Counted from the stretch's first letter, positions 20,201-30,331 are shown. The stretch: 64,000 nucleotides of DNA from an uncultured Gemmatimonadaceae bacterium (GCA_963790305.1 CAWBOC010000010.1:32001-96000), one strand, 5' to 3'. The notes: a model not told the origin generated them from the letters alone. Made by a program: numbers and translations.

Positions 20201-22935
20201 AATACGAGCGCGAGCCCCAGCTGATGCAGGCTCGTCACGGTGTCGCGTCCCACGGCCGCGTAATACGCGCGCCAGGATGTGCCGCGCGGGGGACGGACGA
20301 GCGCGAGGAGCGTCGAGAACACCCACGGAAACGCGATCGTCGTCAGGGCGATCATCGTCCACAGCCACGGCGAGCCGGGCAGGACCACCCAGCCAAGGAG
20401 CAGCAGCGCGAGCTGCGCGATCTCGACCGTAGAGCGCCGCAAATTGTCGAAGATCTTCCAGCGCTGAATGGCTCCAAGAACGTTGCCCGCGCGGCCGTCG
20501 GCGGTCGGCACGCGTTGGGAACAGCCAGGGCAAGAGCTGCCAATCCCCGCGAATCCAGCGATGCTTGCGACGCGTGTACGTGAGGTAGCGCGTCGGATAG
20601 TCGTCGAAGACCTCGACATCGGTCACGAGCGCGGCGCGCGCATATGCGCTCTCGATGAGGTCGTGGCTCAACAGGGCGTTCTCGGGAAACCGCCCGTGAG
20701 TCGCGCGGTCGAACGCGTCGACATCGTAGATGCCCTTGCCGGTGAAGCTCCCCTCGCCGAACAGGTCCTGGTAGACGTCCGACACCGCCGTCGTATACGG
20801 ATCGACGCCCGGATGGCCGGAGTGAATGGCCGCGAAGCGCGAGCGGTGCGCACTCGTGAGGCTCACGCCCACCCGTGGCTGCAGGATGGCGTACCCTTGC
20901 TCGACGACGCCCCGCGACTCGTCGAACACCGGGCGATTCAGCGGATGCGCGAGGGTCCCGATGAGAATCTGCGCCGCGTCGTGCGGCAGGACGGTGTCGG
21001 AGTCGAGCGTGAGGACGAAGCGCGCTTGCCGCAGCGGGTCGACATCGCCCACGATCGTGGCGAAGGCGTCCTGCGCACCCCCGCGCAGGAATGCGTTGAA
21101 CTCGCGCGAGCTTCCCACGCTTGCGCTCCCAGCCCATCCACACGCCGCTGGCTCTGATTCCACTTGCGAGGGCGATGAAAGAGATAGAACACATCGTCGG
21201 CGCCGCCGGCGTAGCGTGTGTTGAGCTCGCGCACACCCTCCACGGCGGCGGCGACGATCGCTTCGTCCCCGGGGAGCGTCTCGCTTGCCGCGTCGGTGAA
21301 ATCGGAGAGCAGCGCGAAGTGCAAGCGCGGGTCGCGGTTCGCGAGATACTGAATCTCGAGGTGCTCGAGCGCCTCGCGCGCGGCGTCGATCGATGGCAAC
21401 AGCGTGGGGACGACGACCGCCGTGCGGTACTCCGGTGGAACTCCCGTGCTCGCGCATGTCCAGCTTCGGCACAATGCGCGGCGCGACGATCCATGTAACG
21501 AGCTGATTGACGGCCCCCACCGCCATCTCACTGGCCGGAACCATCGCCACGAGCGACGACGGCCAGCATCGACTCCCGCGCTGGCCGGTGGGAGGACGGA
21601 AACGAGAAGCGCGAGACCAGCCAGCATCAACAGGAGAATCGAGCCGAAGTACACCGCCTTGGCGTGCGAGAGCACCCCGCGATACAGGCGCTCGCCGGCC
21701 GTCGGCACGTACGCGGTGCCATGCTCGAGCTCCCGCGCCCCATCACCGATGAGGTAATAGCCCACGTGCGTTCTGCGCTCGTCATCAGGCGCGCGGTCCG
21801 CGGCGTCGCGAGCGAGCGCGATCGCTGCGCGTGCGACGTCAGCCTCCGCCAGGCGAGTTCGCTTCGCGATGCGCTCAACGACGTGCCGATACCGGTCGCG
21901 CGTCTCGAACGTCATGAGGCTGTGGACGCCGGCCGGGTCCTCACGGAGGACCTGCTCGACGACGCTTTGCGATTCAACGAAGCCTTGCCAGTCGAGACGC
22001 GCGATGGCGCGCAGGCTCGTGATGCTGTTCGCGACGGTGATCTGCGTGATGGCGAGCCGCTGGTTCGAGCTCGCCGCCGCCGCTTCGTGGCTCATGCCGT
22101 CTTCGGCCATCCACTGCTCGAGCCAGAGCAGCGGGGTGAAGTCGGTCTGGTACGAGCGGATCTGCTGGAGGAAGCGCGTGACGAACGCCGGCGTCAGCGG
22201 CGGATGACTGTCCACGAACGCGGCCAGATCATCAGCGAGCGCCTGGGGCGTGCGCTCCGACGCATCGCGCAGCCGGCGCGCCCAGTCGTCGGCGAGCTCG
22301 ACTTCGCGCGTACGCGCCATGACGCGCAACGCCATCCGGCGAATGTTCTCGACCAGTCCGAGTCGGAACATCGTCGGAATGGCCCAAAGCTCTCCGACCG
22401 TAAGAACCGAGACGCGCTGAAACTCACGCGTGAAGAGATCGATCGTCGCGAGCTCGAGGTGCCCTTCGGTATGCGCGATGAGCTCGATGGCGAGCTCGTA
22501 TACGCGCGGATATCCCGCCAGCGGCCCGGAGGCGAGCTTCGGCAGCTCCCGATAGAACCCGCGCGGCATGCTCGCGCCGATCTCCCGGATGTGCTCGAGG
22601 ATCACGTACCAGTTGTCGAGCAGCCATTCGCCAGCGGGCGAGATGTCGACACTCCGGTCGCTCGCCAGTGCCAGCTCGTGGCGTGCTTCGTCGAGGATGC
22701 GCCGGGATTCGGCGAGACGAGAGAGGAGGGGTCCCGGCCCGAGCGTTAGGCGGCTCGGCCCCTCGACGAGCCGTTGGCCGCGCGCGATCGCGCGCGCGTG
22801 CTCGGCGAGCCGCTCGGCGCCGAAGAGCTCGCCGCGGATGGGTCCGACGAGTGGTGGCGCGCCGCCGTCGCCTCCGAGCGATCGGAGACGTGCGAGAATT
22901 CGCCGAGTCCGGGTCGGGGGAGAGGCGGTCGCCAT
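14244..22935 (-). CDS. ndvB: Cyclic beta-1,2-glucan synthase (Cgs/NdvB/ChvB type: GT84, glucoamylase-like and GH94 regions), several apparent frameshifts between ~19660 and ~21550
   Basis: EWLLDN, WMGWERKRGKL, TLDSDT, GEGSFTGKGIYD, LLSHDLIE, RWIRGDWQL, RTSPTNIG, YDLLASEAR, SWSGSMFEYLMP, QSSGAYGFRDQLQD, GDWNDGMN, RENGAQYTHA, WTWYTGSA; ~2,900 codons in total. Confidence 0.93.
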
Positions 22936-22976
22936 ATTCGTGCGCGCGGCTGCGTCGACGGCGCGTGGCCGTGACC

Positions 22977-23204
22977 TTACGGCTTCTCGGACTCCTGCAC
23001 TGCTTGCTCCGCGCCCTTGAATCCAATCCTGGAATGCGTCGCGTCGCAGAACGGCTTCTTCATTGAGCCACCGCAGCGACACAGCGAGACGCGTTTCCCG
23101 GGCGTGGTGGGGATGACGGTGCCCTCGTGGTCCACGAGGCGGAAGTCCCCGGTGACCTGATAGGGACCGTTTTCGACGACTCGGATGACGGTTGGTTCGA
23201 TCAT
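22977..23204 (-). CDS. CDGSH iron-sulfur domain protein
   Basis: ENGPY...LCRCGGSMKKPFCDATH. Confidence 0.93.
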   Translation of the reverse strand: MIEPTVIRVVENGPYQVTGDFRLVDHEGTVIPTTPGKRVSLCRCGGSMKKPFCDATHSRIGFKGAEQAVQESEKP

Positions 23205-23255
23205 GGGGGCGCGGGGTGCAAGATGTTGGCCCGGTAGCGCGGTCGAGTGGCTCCC

Positions 23256-23705
23256 CTAGGCCCGCGCCTCGAGCGCGTGACGCTTGAGGCGCGCAACGAT
23301 TGCGTTCAGCCCCACCTCGCGCGCGCCAAGACCAATGTTCGACATCACGGTGCTCACGAAGTCCGGGGGCAAGGCGAGGGTCGTCTCCGGTGGGTGGTCG
23401 TTCACCGCAGTGAACACGATGGCGAGGAACGCGGCGACCGTCGGAGATTGCCGTGTATCGACGTCGGCGTAGAAGTGGAGCTTGCCGTCACGCATTTCCG
23501 GGATGATGTCGACCGGTGTTTGACATTCGTGGACGTGGAACGCCGCCCGGTCGACGGCCCGGAAGCGGTCAGGGAGCGGCTCGAGCTTCCGGGAATACGC
23601 GAGGAGCGTCTGCATCTTGTCCTCGCGGGAGAGATTGGCGAAGCGCTTGAGAGTCTTGCTGATGGGGTCGGGGGTGGCCGAGCCGGGCGAGGTGGAGTCG
23701 GGCAT
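23256..23705 (-). CDS. sufE: SufE family sulfur-transfer protein
   Basis: LLAYSRKL...VHECQT (conserved Cys)...HFYAD...SPTV...R.VGL. Confidence 0.85.
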   Translation of the reverse strand: MPDSTSPGSATPDPISKTLKRFANLSREDKMQTLLAYSRKLEPLPDRFRAVDRAAFHVHECQTPVDIIPEMRDGKLHFYADVDTRQSPTVAAFLAIVFTAVNDHPPETTLALPPDFVSTVMSNIGLGAREVGLNAIVARLKRHALEARA

Positions 23706-23743
23706 GCCGGATTGTAGCGGAATCGCATACGACTTGCCTTCTG

Positions 23744-23759
23744 TTAACTAAATGATTAA
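23744..23759. promoter_or_regulatory. AT-rich palindrome, probable TetR operator
   Basis: TTAACTAAATGATTAA immediately before the tetR start in otherwise GC-rich DNA. Confidence 0.6.
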
Positions 23760-23768
23760 TTAGTGCCC

Positions 23769-24407
23769 ATGACCTCGGTAGCCCCGGCCACCAGCCGTGA
23801 CGCGATCCTGGACGCCGCCATTCGCTGCTTCGCAGCACAGGGATTCGCCGCGACAACCATCAAGGACCTCGCGGCGGAGGCGGACGTGAACTCGGCGTTG
23901 CTGTACTACTACTTCACCGACAAGCAGACGCTCTATCGCGAAACGCTCCGCCACGTCGCGCAGCGACTCTCGGACTCGGCCGGCCGGCGTCTCGACGAGG
24001 ATCTTCCTCCCGACGAAGTCGTGCGGCGCTTCGTACAGCAGCAGGCGGAGTTCCTGATCGCGAATCCCCACGTTCCGCGGTTGATGCTCCGCGAGATGCT
24101 CGAGCACACTGGCCGCCACGCCGAAGAGGCGATCGTGTCGCTGATCGGCGGCGTCTTCACGACGCTATGCAACGTCATCCGTCGCGGGCAGGAGCAGGGC
24201 ATGTTTCGCCCCGATGTGAATCCCAAGTACGCGGCGATCTCGACGGTATCGCTCGTCGCGTATTTCGTGATTGCGCGACCCGTCGTCGGGGTCGCGCTCG
24301 GCGATGGCCTCACGGGCCCGACCGAAGAGCGCACGCGCGAGTACGGGCGCCATGCGGCCGAGTTCGCGTTGGCGGCGCTGGCCTCTCGCGGAAGGCGCGC
24401 CGTATGA
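23769..24407 (+). CDS. TetR/AcrR family regulator
   Basis: RDAILDAA..CFA.QGF.ATTIKDLAAEADVNSALLYYYFTDK. Confidence 0.93.
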   Translation: MTSVAPATSRDAILDAAIRCFAAQGFAATTIKDLAAEADVNSALLYYYFTDKQTLYRETLRHVAQRLSDSAGRRLDEDLPPDEVVRRFVQQQAEFLIANPHVPRLMLREMLEHTGRHAEEAIVSLIGGVFTTLCNVIRRGQEQGMFRPDVNPKYAAISTVSLVAYFVIARPVVGVALGDGLTGPTEERTREYGRHAAEFALAALASRGRRAV

Positions 24408-25412
24408 AGGTTTCCCTTTTCTCGCCGGTGATCGGTCTCCTCGCGACGCTCTTCGGAGCGTGCTCACGCGATGACGCCGACGCCATCGAGGCCGTCGGCA
24501 CGGTCGAGATTCGCGAGCACGACGTCGCGCCAATGACGGCAGCGCGTGTCGTGCGCCTGCTGGTCGACGAAGGCGCGGCGGTCGAGGCGGGCGATACCGT
24601 CGCCATACTTTCGATGTCGACTTTGGCCGCCGACATTGAGCAGGCGCGGGCGCGCCTCGCGACCGCGCAGGCCGTGCTGCGCGAGGCGGAGGCTGGCCCC
24701 CGGTCTGCCGAGATCGAGCGGGCGGAAGCGGACCTTCGCGCCGCCGGAGCGGAAGCCGATCGCGCGGCCAAGGACCTGGTGCGCATTCAGGCGCTGACGG
24801 AAAGCGGCGCTCTCGCCGAGCAGCAGCTCGATGCGGCACGCACGGTTGCGACCACGACCGCCAATCGGCGCGACGCCCTGCGCGAGACGCTGGGACTTCT
24901 CCGCCAGGGAACGCGTCCGGAGCGAATCGCCGGCGCGCGGGCGGAGGTGGCGACCGCACAGGCGGTGCTCGCCGCCGCGCAGGCGACGCGCTCCGACCTG
25001 GTCCTGCTCGCGCCGGCGAACGGCATCGTGCTGGGCCGGCACGCGGAGGCGGGTGAAGTCGTCCCGCCGGGAACTCCGGTGATGACGGTCGGCGAGTCGT
25101 CGAAGCCGTGGGTGCGCGTCTACGTTTCCCCGGCCGACGCCGCGCGCCTAACGGTGGGCGGCGCCGCGGTGGCGTCTCTGGACGATCTCCCCGACCGGGA
25201 GTTCCCGGGCCGCATCGTATCCCTGGCGACGAAAGCCGAATTCACTCCGCGGGTCGCCCTGACGGAAGACGAGCGCGCCGACCTGCTGTTTGCGGTGCGA
25301 GTGGAGCTGGAGGATTCGAGCGGAACGCTGAAGCCGGGATTGCCGGTCATCGTGAGATTTCTCGCGAATGCGGAACGGCGGAATGCGAAACGCGACGGGT
25401 TCGCGTCCATGA
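24404..25412 (+). CDS. HlyD family periplasmic adaptor (YbhG-like) lipoprotein; reads in frame into the ATPase as sequenced
   Basis: LFGAC lipobox, VDEGAAVEAGD, coiled coil, AEFTPR, LKPGLP; end inferred from the ATGA overlap at 25409-25412. Confidence 0.85.
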
Positions 25413-25433
25413 GCGATTCTGTCGCGCATTCCG
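25364..25433. repeat. Degenerate family B element at the HlyD/ATPase junction
   Basis: GCGAATGCGGAACGGCGGAATGCG ... CGCATTCCG. Confidence 0.65.
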
Positions 25434-26170
25434 ACGTCGCCGTATCCACCAGCCGCCTCAGAAAGACCTTCGGCTCCCTCGTCGCGGTCGAGTCGCTCGA
25501 TCTCCAGATCCAGCGCGGCGAGGTGTTCGGGCTGCTCGGGCCCAACGGCTCCGGTAAGACGACGACCATTCGCATGCTCACCGGTCTCATGCAACCGACA
25601 TCGGGAGAGGCGACGGTGGTCGGGTATGATGTGCGGCGGGAGTCGGAGGCGATTCGACGCAACATCGGCTACATGTCGCAGCGGTTCGGTCTCTACGACG
25701 ATCTCACGATCGCCGAGAACATTCGCTTTTACGCCGGCGTGTACGGCCTGATCGGGGCCGAGCGCGACGCTCGCATGGACGAGCTCATGAGGGAGCTCGG
25801 ACTCGCCGAGCGTGCGCATCAGCTCGCTGGAACACTCTCGGGAGGGTGGAAGCAGCGGCTCGCGCTGGCGTGCGCCACGGCGCACCGGCCCGCCATGCTG
25901 TTCCTCGACGAGCCGACGGCCGGCGTCGATCCAGCCGCCCGACGCCGCTTCTGGGAGACCATCTATCTCCTGGCGTCGAAAGGGACGACGATCCTCGTGA
26001 CAACGCACTACATGGACGAGGCGGAGCGGTGCCAACGCCTCGCGTTCCTCTCCCGTGGCCACCTGATCGGTGTGGGGACTGGGCAGCAAATCCTCGACCA
26101 GTTCAAGATGCCGTCCATCGAGGACGTGTTCATCGAGCTGCAGCGTCGCGACGAAGGAGCGGCCGCGTGA
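25409..26170 (+). CDS. ABC transporter ATP-binding protein (YbhF-like)
   Basis: GPNGSGKTT, LSGGWKQR, LFLDEPT, TTH. Confidence 0.95.
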   Translation: MSDSVAHSDVAVSTSRLRKTFGSLVAVESLDLQIQRGEVFGLLGPNGSGKTTTIRMLTGLMQPTSGEATVVGYDVRRESEAIRRNIGYMSQRFGLYDDLTIAENIRFYAGVYGLIGAERDARMDELMRELGLAERAHQLAGTLSGGWKQRLALACATAHRPAMLFLDEPTAGVDPAARRRFWETIYLLASKGTTILVTTHYMDEAERCQRLAFLSRGHLIGVGTGQQILDQFKMPSIEDVFIELQRRDEGAAA

Positions 26171-27300
26171 GCCTCGTCGACCGACTCCGCCGCGCGTCGT
26201 TCTGGCCGATGCTCCGCAAGGAGTTCATCGAGATGCGGCGCGACCGGTTCACGCTGGCGATGCTGATCGGCATCCCTGCGGTGCAGCTGGTCTTGTTCGG
26301 CTACGCCGTGCAGACGGACGTTCGGAACGTTCCGACGGTCGTGCTCGACGAATCCCGCACGTCACAGAGCCGCCGCCTCATCGACATGATGGCGAACACG
26401 CGCAATTTCCGGATCGTCGGGACGGCGGCCAATCGCGACCAGGTTCGCGAGGCCATCGAGCGCGGCAATGCAGCGGCCGCGATCATCATCCCGCCGGAGT
26501 TCGCGAGCGACCTCAAGCGGGGGAAAAGTGCCCAGGCACAGGTCATCGTCGACGCCGCGGACCCGCTGTCCTCCCAGGCGGCGATCGGCGCGGCAGCGCT
26601 CGCCGGTGCGCGGTCCGGTCCGGAGCTGACGTCGCGTCCGATACCAACGATCGCGGCGCCGGTGGAGATTCGTGTGCGCCCCTGGTACAACCCCGAGGGA
26701 CGGAACTCGCCCTACATCGTGCCTGGGATCATCGGCATCCTGCTGACGATGACGATGGTATCGATCACCGGAGCGGCGATCGTCCGCGAGCGCGAGCGCG
26801 GAACGCTGGAGCAGCTCGTCGTCACGCCGATCGGGAAGACGAGCCTCATGCTCGGCAAGACGATTCCGTTCGCCGTCGTGGGCTATCTCCAGGTGACGGT
26901 GATTCTGCTGCTCGGCAAGCTGCTGTTCGACGTGCCGATGCGGGGAAGTCTCGTCCTGCTCTACCTGCTCATCGCGCCGTTCATCATCGCGAGCCTTGGC
27001 ATGGGCCTCTTCATCTCGGCGGTGACGAAGACGCAGATCCAGGCGATGCAGCTGAGCTTCTTTTTCATTCTGCCGAACATCCTGCTTTCCGGCTTCATCT
27101 TTCCGCGTTCCGCAATGCCCGAGCCCGCGCAATGGGTCGGCGCCGCGCTCCCGTTGACCTACTTCCTGACCGTGATGCGCAGCGTTCTGCTCAAGGGCGT
27201 CGAGTTCGGCGACGTGTGGCGACAGGCGCTCGTGCTGACGGGATTCGCCGTGTTGCTCGTCGGGATGTCGGTGAGGAAGTTCTCAAAGACCGTGGAGTAA
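26167..27300 (+). CDS. ABC-2 type permease (YbhS/YbhR-like)
   Basis: KEFIEMRRD, LFGYA, WYNP, IVRERERGTLEQL.VTP, LLSGF.FP. Confidence 0.93.
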   Translation: MSLVDRLRRASFWPMLRKEFIEMRRDRFTLAMLIGIPAVQLVLFGYAVQTDVRNVPTVVLDESRTSQSRRLIDMMANTRNFRIVGTAANRDQVREAIERGNAAAAIIIPPEFASDLKRGKSAQAQVIVDAADPLSSQAAIGAAALAGARSGPELTSRPIPTIAAPVEIRVRPWYNPEGRNSPYIVPGIIGILLTMTMVSITGAAIVRERERGTLEQLVVTPIGKTSLMLGKTIPFAVVGYLQVTVILLLGKLLFDVPMRGSLVLLYLLIAPFIIASLGMGLFISAVTKTQIQAMQLSFFFILPNILLSGFIFPRSAMPEPAQWVGAALPLTYFLTVMRSVLLKGVEFGDVWRQALVLTGFAVLLVGMSVRKFSKTVE

Positions 27301-27331
27301 GCGCTGGCATCCACGTTCGTCGGAGCAGTAT

Positions 27332-27540
27332 GACTGGCATCCAGGTTCAAAGTTGGGACGCGGATCACGCGATTCAACGGAAACGGCCGGATCGTTCCTG
27401 GCGCATTCGTCCCTCATCTACCGCAACAAAAAAACAAGACCTTTGGGCGGCGCGAGGAGCGTTCTTGGCGACAGGAACGATCCGCCTGATCCGCGGCATC
27501 CGCGAAATCCGCGTCCCAACTTTGAACCTGGATGCCAGTC
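27332..27540. mobile_element. 209-bp MITE-like element with perfect 34-bp terminal inverted repeats and nested 9-mer arms
   Basis: GACTGGCATCCAGGTTCAAAGTTGGGACGCGGAT at 27332-27365 and its exact reverse complement at 27507-27540; inner 13-bp IR CGGATCGTTCCTG / CAGGAACGATCCG. Confidence 0.75.
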
Positions 27541-27610
27541 GCGAGCCCCGTCCCGGCCCCCGGCAGGCTGACCAGATTTACTTGGGCGAAGATCTCAAAC
27601 CGGAGCACGA

Positions 27611-28036
27611 ATGCCAACGCGGAAATCCAGCGCCGCCTGGGAAGGCGGACTCAAGGGCGGGAAAGGCAGCTTCAAGGGCGAATCGGGCCTGAGCGGTGCC
27701 TACTCGTTCGGGTCGAGATTCGAGAATGCCCCGCAGTCCAACCCGGAGGAGCTCCTCGCGGCGGCGCTGGCCGCGTGCTACAGCATGGCGCTCAGCGGGG
27801 GGCTCGAGAAGAACGGCACCCCGCCGACGCGCATCGCCACCGATGTCGCATGCACCATCGACAAGGTCGGCGAGGGCTTCAAGATCACCAAAATGCATCT
27901 GACCGTCCGCGGCAAGGTGCCTAACGTCAATGCCGCGACGTTCGACAAGATCGCCCAGGCGACCAAGGATGGCTGCCCGGTGTCCCAGGTGTTCAAGGGG
28001 AACGTGCCGATGACGCTGGAGGCGCGGCTGGAGTAG
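27611..28036 (+). CDS. osmC: OsmC family peroxiredoxin
   Basis: WEGGLKGGKG, YSFGSRFE, NPEELLAAA.AACYSMAL, GCPVS. Confidence 0.95.
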   Translation: MPTRKSSAAWEGGLKGGKGSFKGESGLSGAYSFGSRFENAPQSNPEELLAAALAACYSMALSGGLEKNGTPPTRIATDVACTIDKVGEGFKITKMHLTVRGKVPNVNAATFDKIAQATKDGCPVSQVFKGNVPMTLEARLE

Positions 28037-28129
28037 AGGTGCTCGAGGTGCGTCGAGGTGCGTCTAGGAAATCGAGGCGACTGCCAGCACTTGATCACCT
28101 CGAGCACCTCGAGCATCCTCGAGCGACCT
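28036..28129. repeat. Family A variant element (GAGGTGCTC units)
   Basis: Spans from the osmC stop to the next ATG; right arm CTTGATCACCTCGAGCACCTCGAGCATCCTCGAGCGACCT. Confidence 0.85.
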
Positions 28130-29155
28130 ATGTACAGCACCTGCCTCTTCTGCCACTCGTCGCTCGGCGCCAACGAGGCGATCGAGCATTTTCCCGTCGG
28201 CCGCCGGCTCGCGTTCGATGCGACGAAGGGCCGCCTGTGGGTGGTCTGCCGCACCTGCGAGCGCTGGAACCTCTCGCCGCTCGACGAGCGGTGGGAGGCG
28301 ATCGAGGAATGCGAGCGCGGGTTCGAGGGGACGCGCATGCGCGCGTCGACCGACAACATTGGCCTCGCGAAGTTGAAGGAGGGGCTCGAGCTCGTTAGGA
28401 TCGGGCCCGCGCTGCGGCCGGAGTTCGCGGCGTGGCGATATGGGGACCAGTTTGGCCGTCGCCGCCGACGGACGATCCTCCGGGCGGGGCTGGGCTTGGG
28501 CGCGCTCGGCGCCGTCGCCGCCGGTGGGATGGCCGCAGGTGTCGGTATTGGAGGTTTCGGCTGGATGATGGTCCAGTACGCGCGCTTCATCATCGACGGG
28601 AATCCGCGAACCGTCGTCGGCGAGGTGCTGGGCCCCGACGGAAAGCCTGTCGCCGTCCGTCGCCTGCACCTGAAGCACACGCGCTGGCAGATCGACCCAA
28701 CCAGCGGCGAGCACCGCCTCGCCATCGGGTTCAAGCGCGCCGGTACCATCACACTCGTCGGGGAGGAGGCACGCCGAAAAGCGGGCATCCTCGTCGTTCA
28801 CGCCAACCGGCGTGGCGGCACGCGGTCCGAAGTGCAGAGCGCCGTGGACCACGTACAGGAGGCGGGCAGTGCGGAGGCCCTCGTCACGCAAATGGCCACG
28901 ACGAACCAACCGCTCCCCGTGTGGCGGAAGGAGAGTCAGGTGCGGAAGGTCGACGCGTTCGGCATGAGTCGCGAGCGACGCCTGGCCTTCGAGATGGCCC
29001 TTCACGAAGAGCAGGAGCGCCGCGCCCTTCAGGGCGAGCTGCTCGCCCTCGAGCAGGCGTGGCGGGAGGCCGAGGACATCGCAAAGATCGCCGACAACCT
29101 CCTCGTGCCCAAGTCCGACGAAGAATGGCTGCGCAAGCACCGCGGGGAGGAGTGA
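28130..29155 (+). CDS. Hypothetical protein: N-terminal CxxC...CxxC zinc ribbon, central Gly-rich hydrophobic segment, C-terminal helical region
   Basis: MYSTCLFCH...VVCRTCERWNL; GLGLGALGAVAAGG; EMALHEEQERRAL. Confidence 0.8.
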   Translation: MYSTCLFCHSSLGANEAIEHFPVGRRLAFDATKGRLWVVCRTCERWNLSPLDERWEAIEECERGFEGTRMRASTDNIGLAKLKEGLELVRIGPALRPEFAAWRYGDQFGRRRRRTILRAGLGLGALGAVAAGGMAAGVGIGGFGWMMVQYARFIIDGNPRTVVGEVLGPDGKPVAVRRLHLKHTRWQIDPTSGEHRLAIGFKRAGTITLVGEEARRKAGILVVHANRRGGTRSEVQSAVDHVQEAGSAEALVTQMATTNQPLPVWRKESQVRKVDAFGMSRERRLAFEMALHEEQERRALQGELLALEQAWREAEDIAKIADNLLVPKSDEEWLRKHRGEE

Positions 29156-29553
29156 GCCGCGCCGCGATCTGCCTAACGCTGGCGGTCCTCATCGGCGCCT
29201 GTCGGGACGAGGACGCTCGGGCGCGTGCCCCACGCTCGGACACCGTGGCGCCAATCGGCACCGGGACCGAGCTCCTGCTCACTCGCGAGCGTCTCGCGCT
29301 GATCGAAGAGTGGATTCACGCCTCGATCGCGCGAGATGGAGAAGCGCCCACCTCGCTCGACGACGTGCGCCCCCCTGAGGCCGACGCGGCCCGCTACGCC
29401 CCGCTCGAACGGTTCCTGCGCGATGGGTGGGGGAGAGCGATCGAGTACGACTACATGCCTGCGACGCGATCCTTCGAGCTGCGCTCTCCAGGGGAGGACG
29501 GAGCGGTCGGGACAGCGGATGACGTATCGAGGGTGTCGAGGTCGTCGAGGTGA
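29152..29553 (+). CDS. Lipoprotein with a GspG-like (T2SS pseudopilin) C-terminal domain
   Basis: GTGA overlap; LIGAC lipobox; DGWGRAIEY...FELRSPGEDGAVGTADDV. Confidence 0.75.
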   Translation: MSRAAICLTLAVLIGACRDEDARARAPRSDTVAPIGTGTELLLTRERLALIEEWIHASIARDGEAPTSLDDVRPPEADAARYAPLERFLRDGWGRAIEYDYMPATRSFELRSPGEDGAVGTADDVSRVSRSSR

Positions 29554-29613
29554 TCGAGGCGGCTTCACCCTTGATCACCTCGCCATCCTGGACGACCTCG
29601 ACTACCTCGACCT
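29526..29613. repeat. Family A element supplying both convergent stop codons
   Basis: TGA 29551-29553 lies in GAGGTGATCGAGG; minus-strand TAG 29602-29604 lies in the right arm. Confidence 0.9.
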
Positions 29614-30159
29614 CTTCGGCATCCCCGTGACGCCCCCCGACACAATGAACGCCATCACCGCGGCGCTATCCACCGCCAGCGGCGTCACGCGCTCGCTCGG
29701 CACCAGCAGCAGGTTCCCCGCGAAGTTGTACGATTGGGGGAAGTAGACGGCGACGTGCTCTTCGATCCCCAGCTGGTCGAGCGCCCGCATCGTCACGAAG
29801 CCGAGCGCTTTCGCCCCGCCGTCGGCGGTCACCGCGACGACCACCGGACTGTCGAAGCGTCGCTTTTCTCCAACGAACGCGTCGAGGAGATCCTTGGTCG
29901 ACGTGTACAGGAGCCTGATGAAGGGCAGCTTCGTCATCAGCCGCTCGAGGAGGGACACCAAGCTGATCGCGAGCAGGTTGGACGCGAGAAAGCCGACCAG
30001 CGTGATCACCACCAGCGTCAGCACGAACCCAAGTCCCGGAATGGGCAGGCCCAGGAGCCCGTCGATGCTGCGGAAGATCCACACGCAGACGTATACCGTA
30101 ATCGCCACCGGCGCGATCACGACGAGACCGCGAAGGAAATACTGGGCGAAGCGTTTCAT
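29602..30159 (-). CDS. DUF502 domain membrane protein
   Basis: FLRGLVVIAP..IT, IPGLG, LPFIRLLY...KD, LGFVT, VAVYFPQSYNFAG, FIVSGG. Confidence 0.92.
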   Translation of the reverse strand: MKRFAQYFLRGLVVIAPVAITVYVCVWIFRSIDGLLGLPIPGLGFVLTLVVITLVGFLASNLLAISLVSLLERLMTKLPFIRLLYTSTKDLLDAFVGEKRRFDSPVVVAVTADGGAKALGFVTMRALDQLGIEEHVAVYFPQSYNFAGNLLLVPSERVTPLAVDSAAVMAFIVSGGVTGMPKRSR

Positions 30160-30331
30160 GGATGCCTGACGATGGGAGGTAATGAGGGTCGAAGAGGGGA
30201 TGACCTGGACCCGTCTTGTCAGCGACCGTGTCAACGGTAAGTTAGGGCTCCCGGACCTCCGGGATAGCTGAGCCTGGACCCTAGCCAGGCAGCTGGTCCT
30301 GCGCCTGGGCCCTCAACCACAGGAGTTGCCG

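Noticed and set aside
29152..29553. A type II secretion locus
   Set aside because: Only a GspG-like head domain, with no prepilin motif and no gspD/E/F
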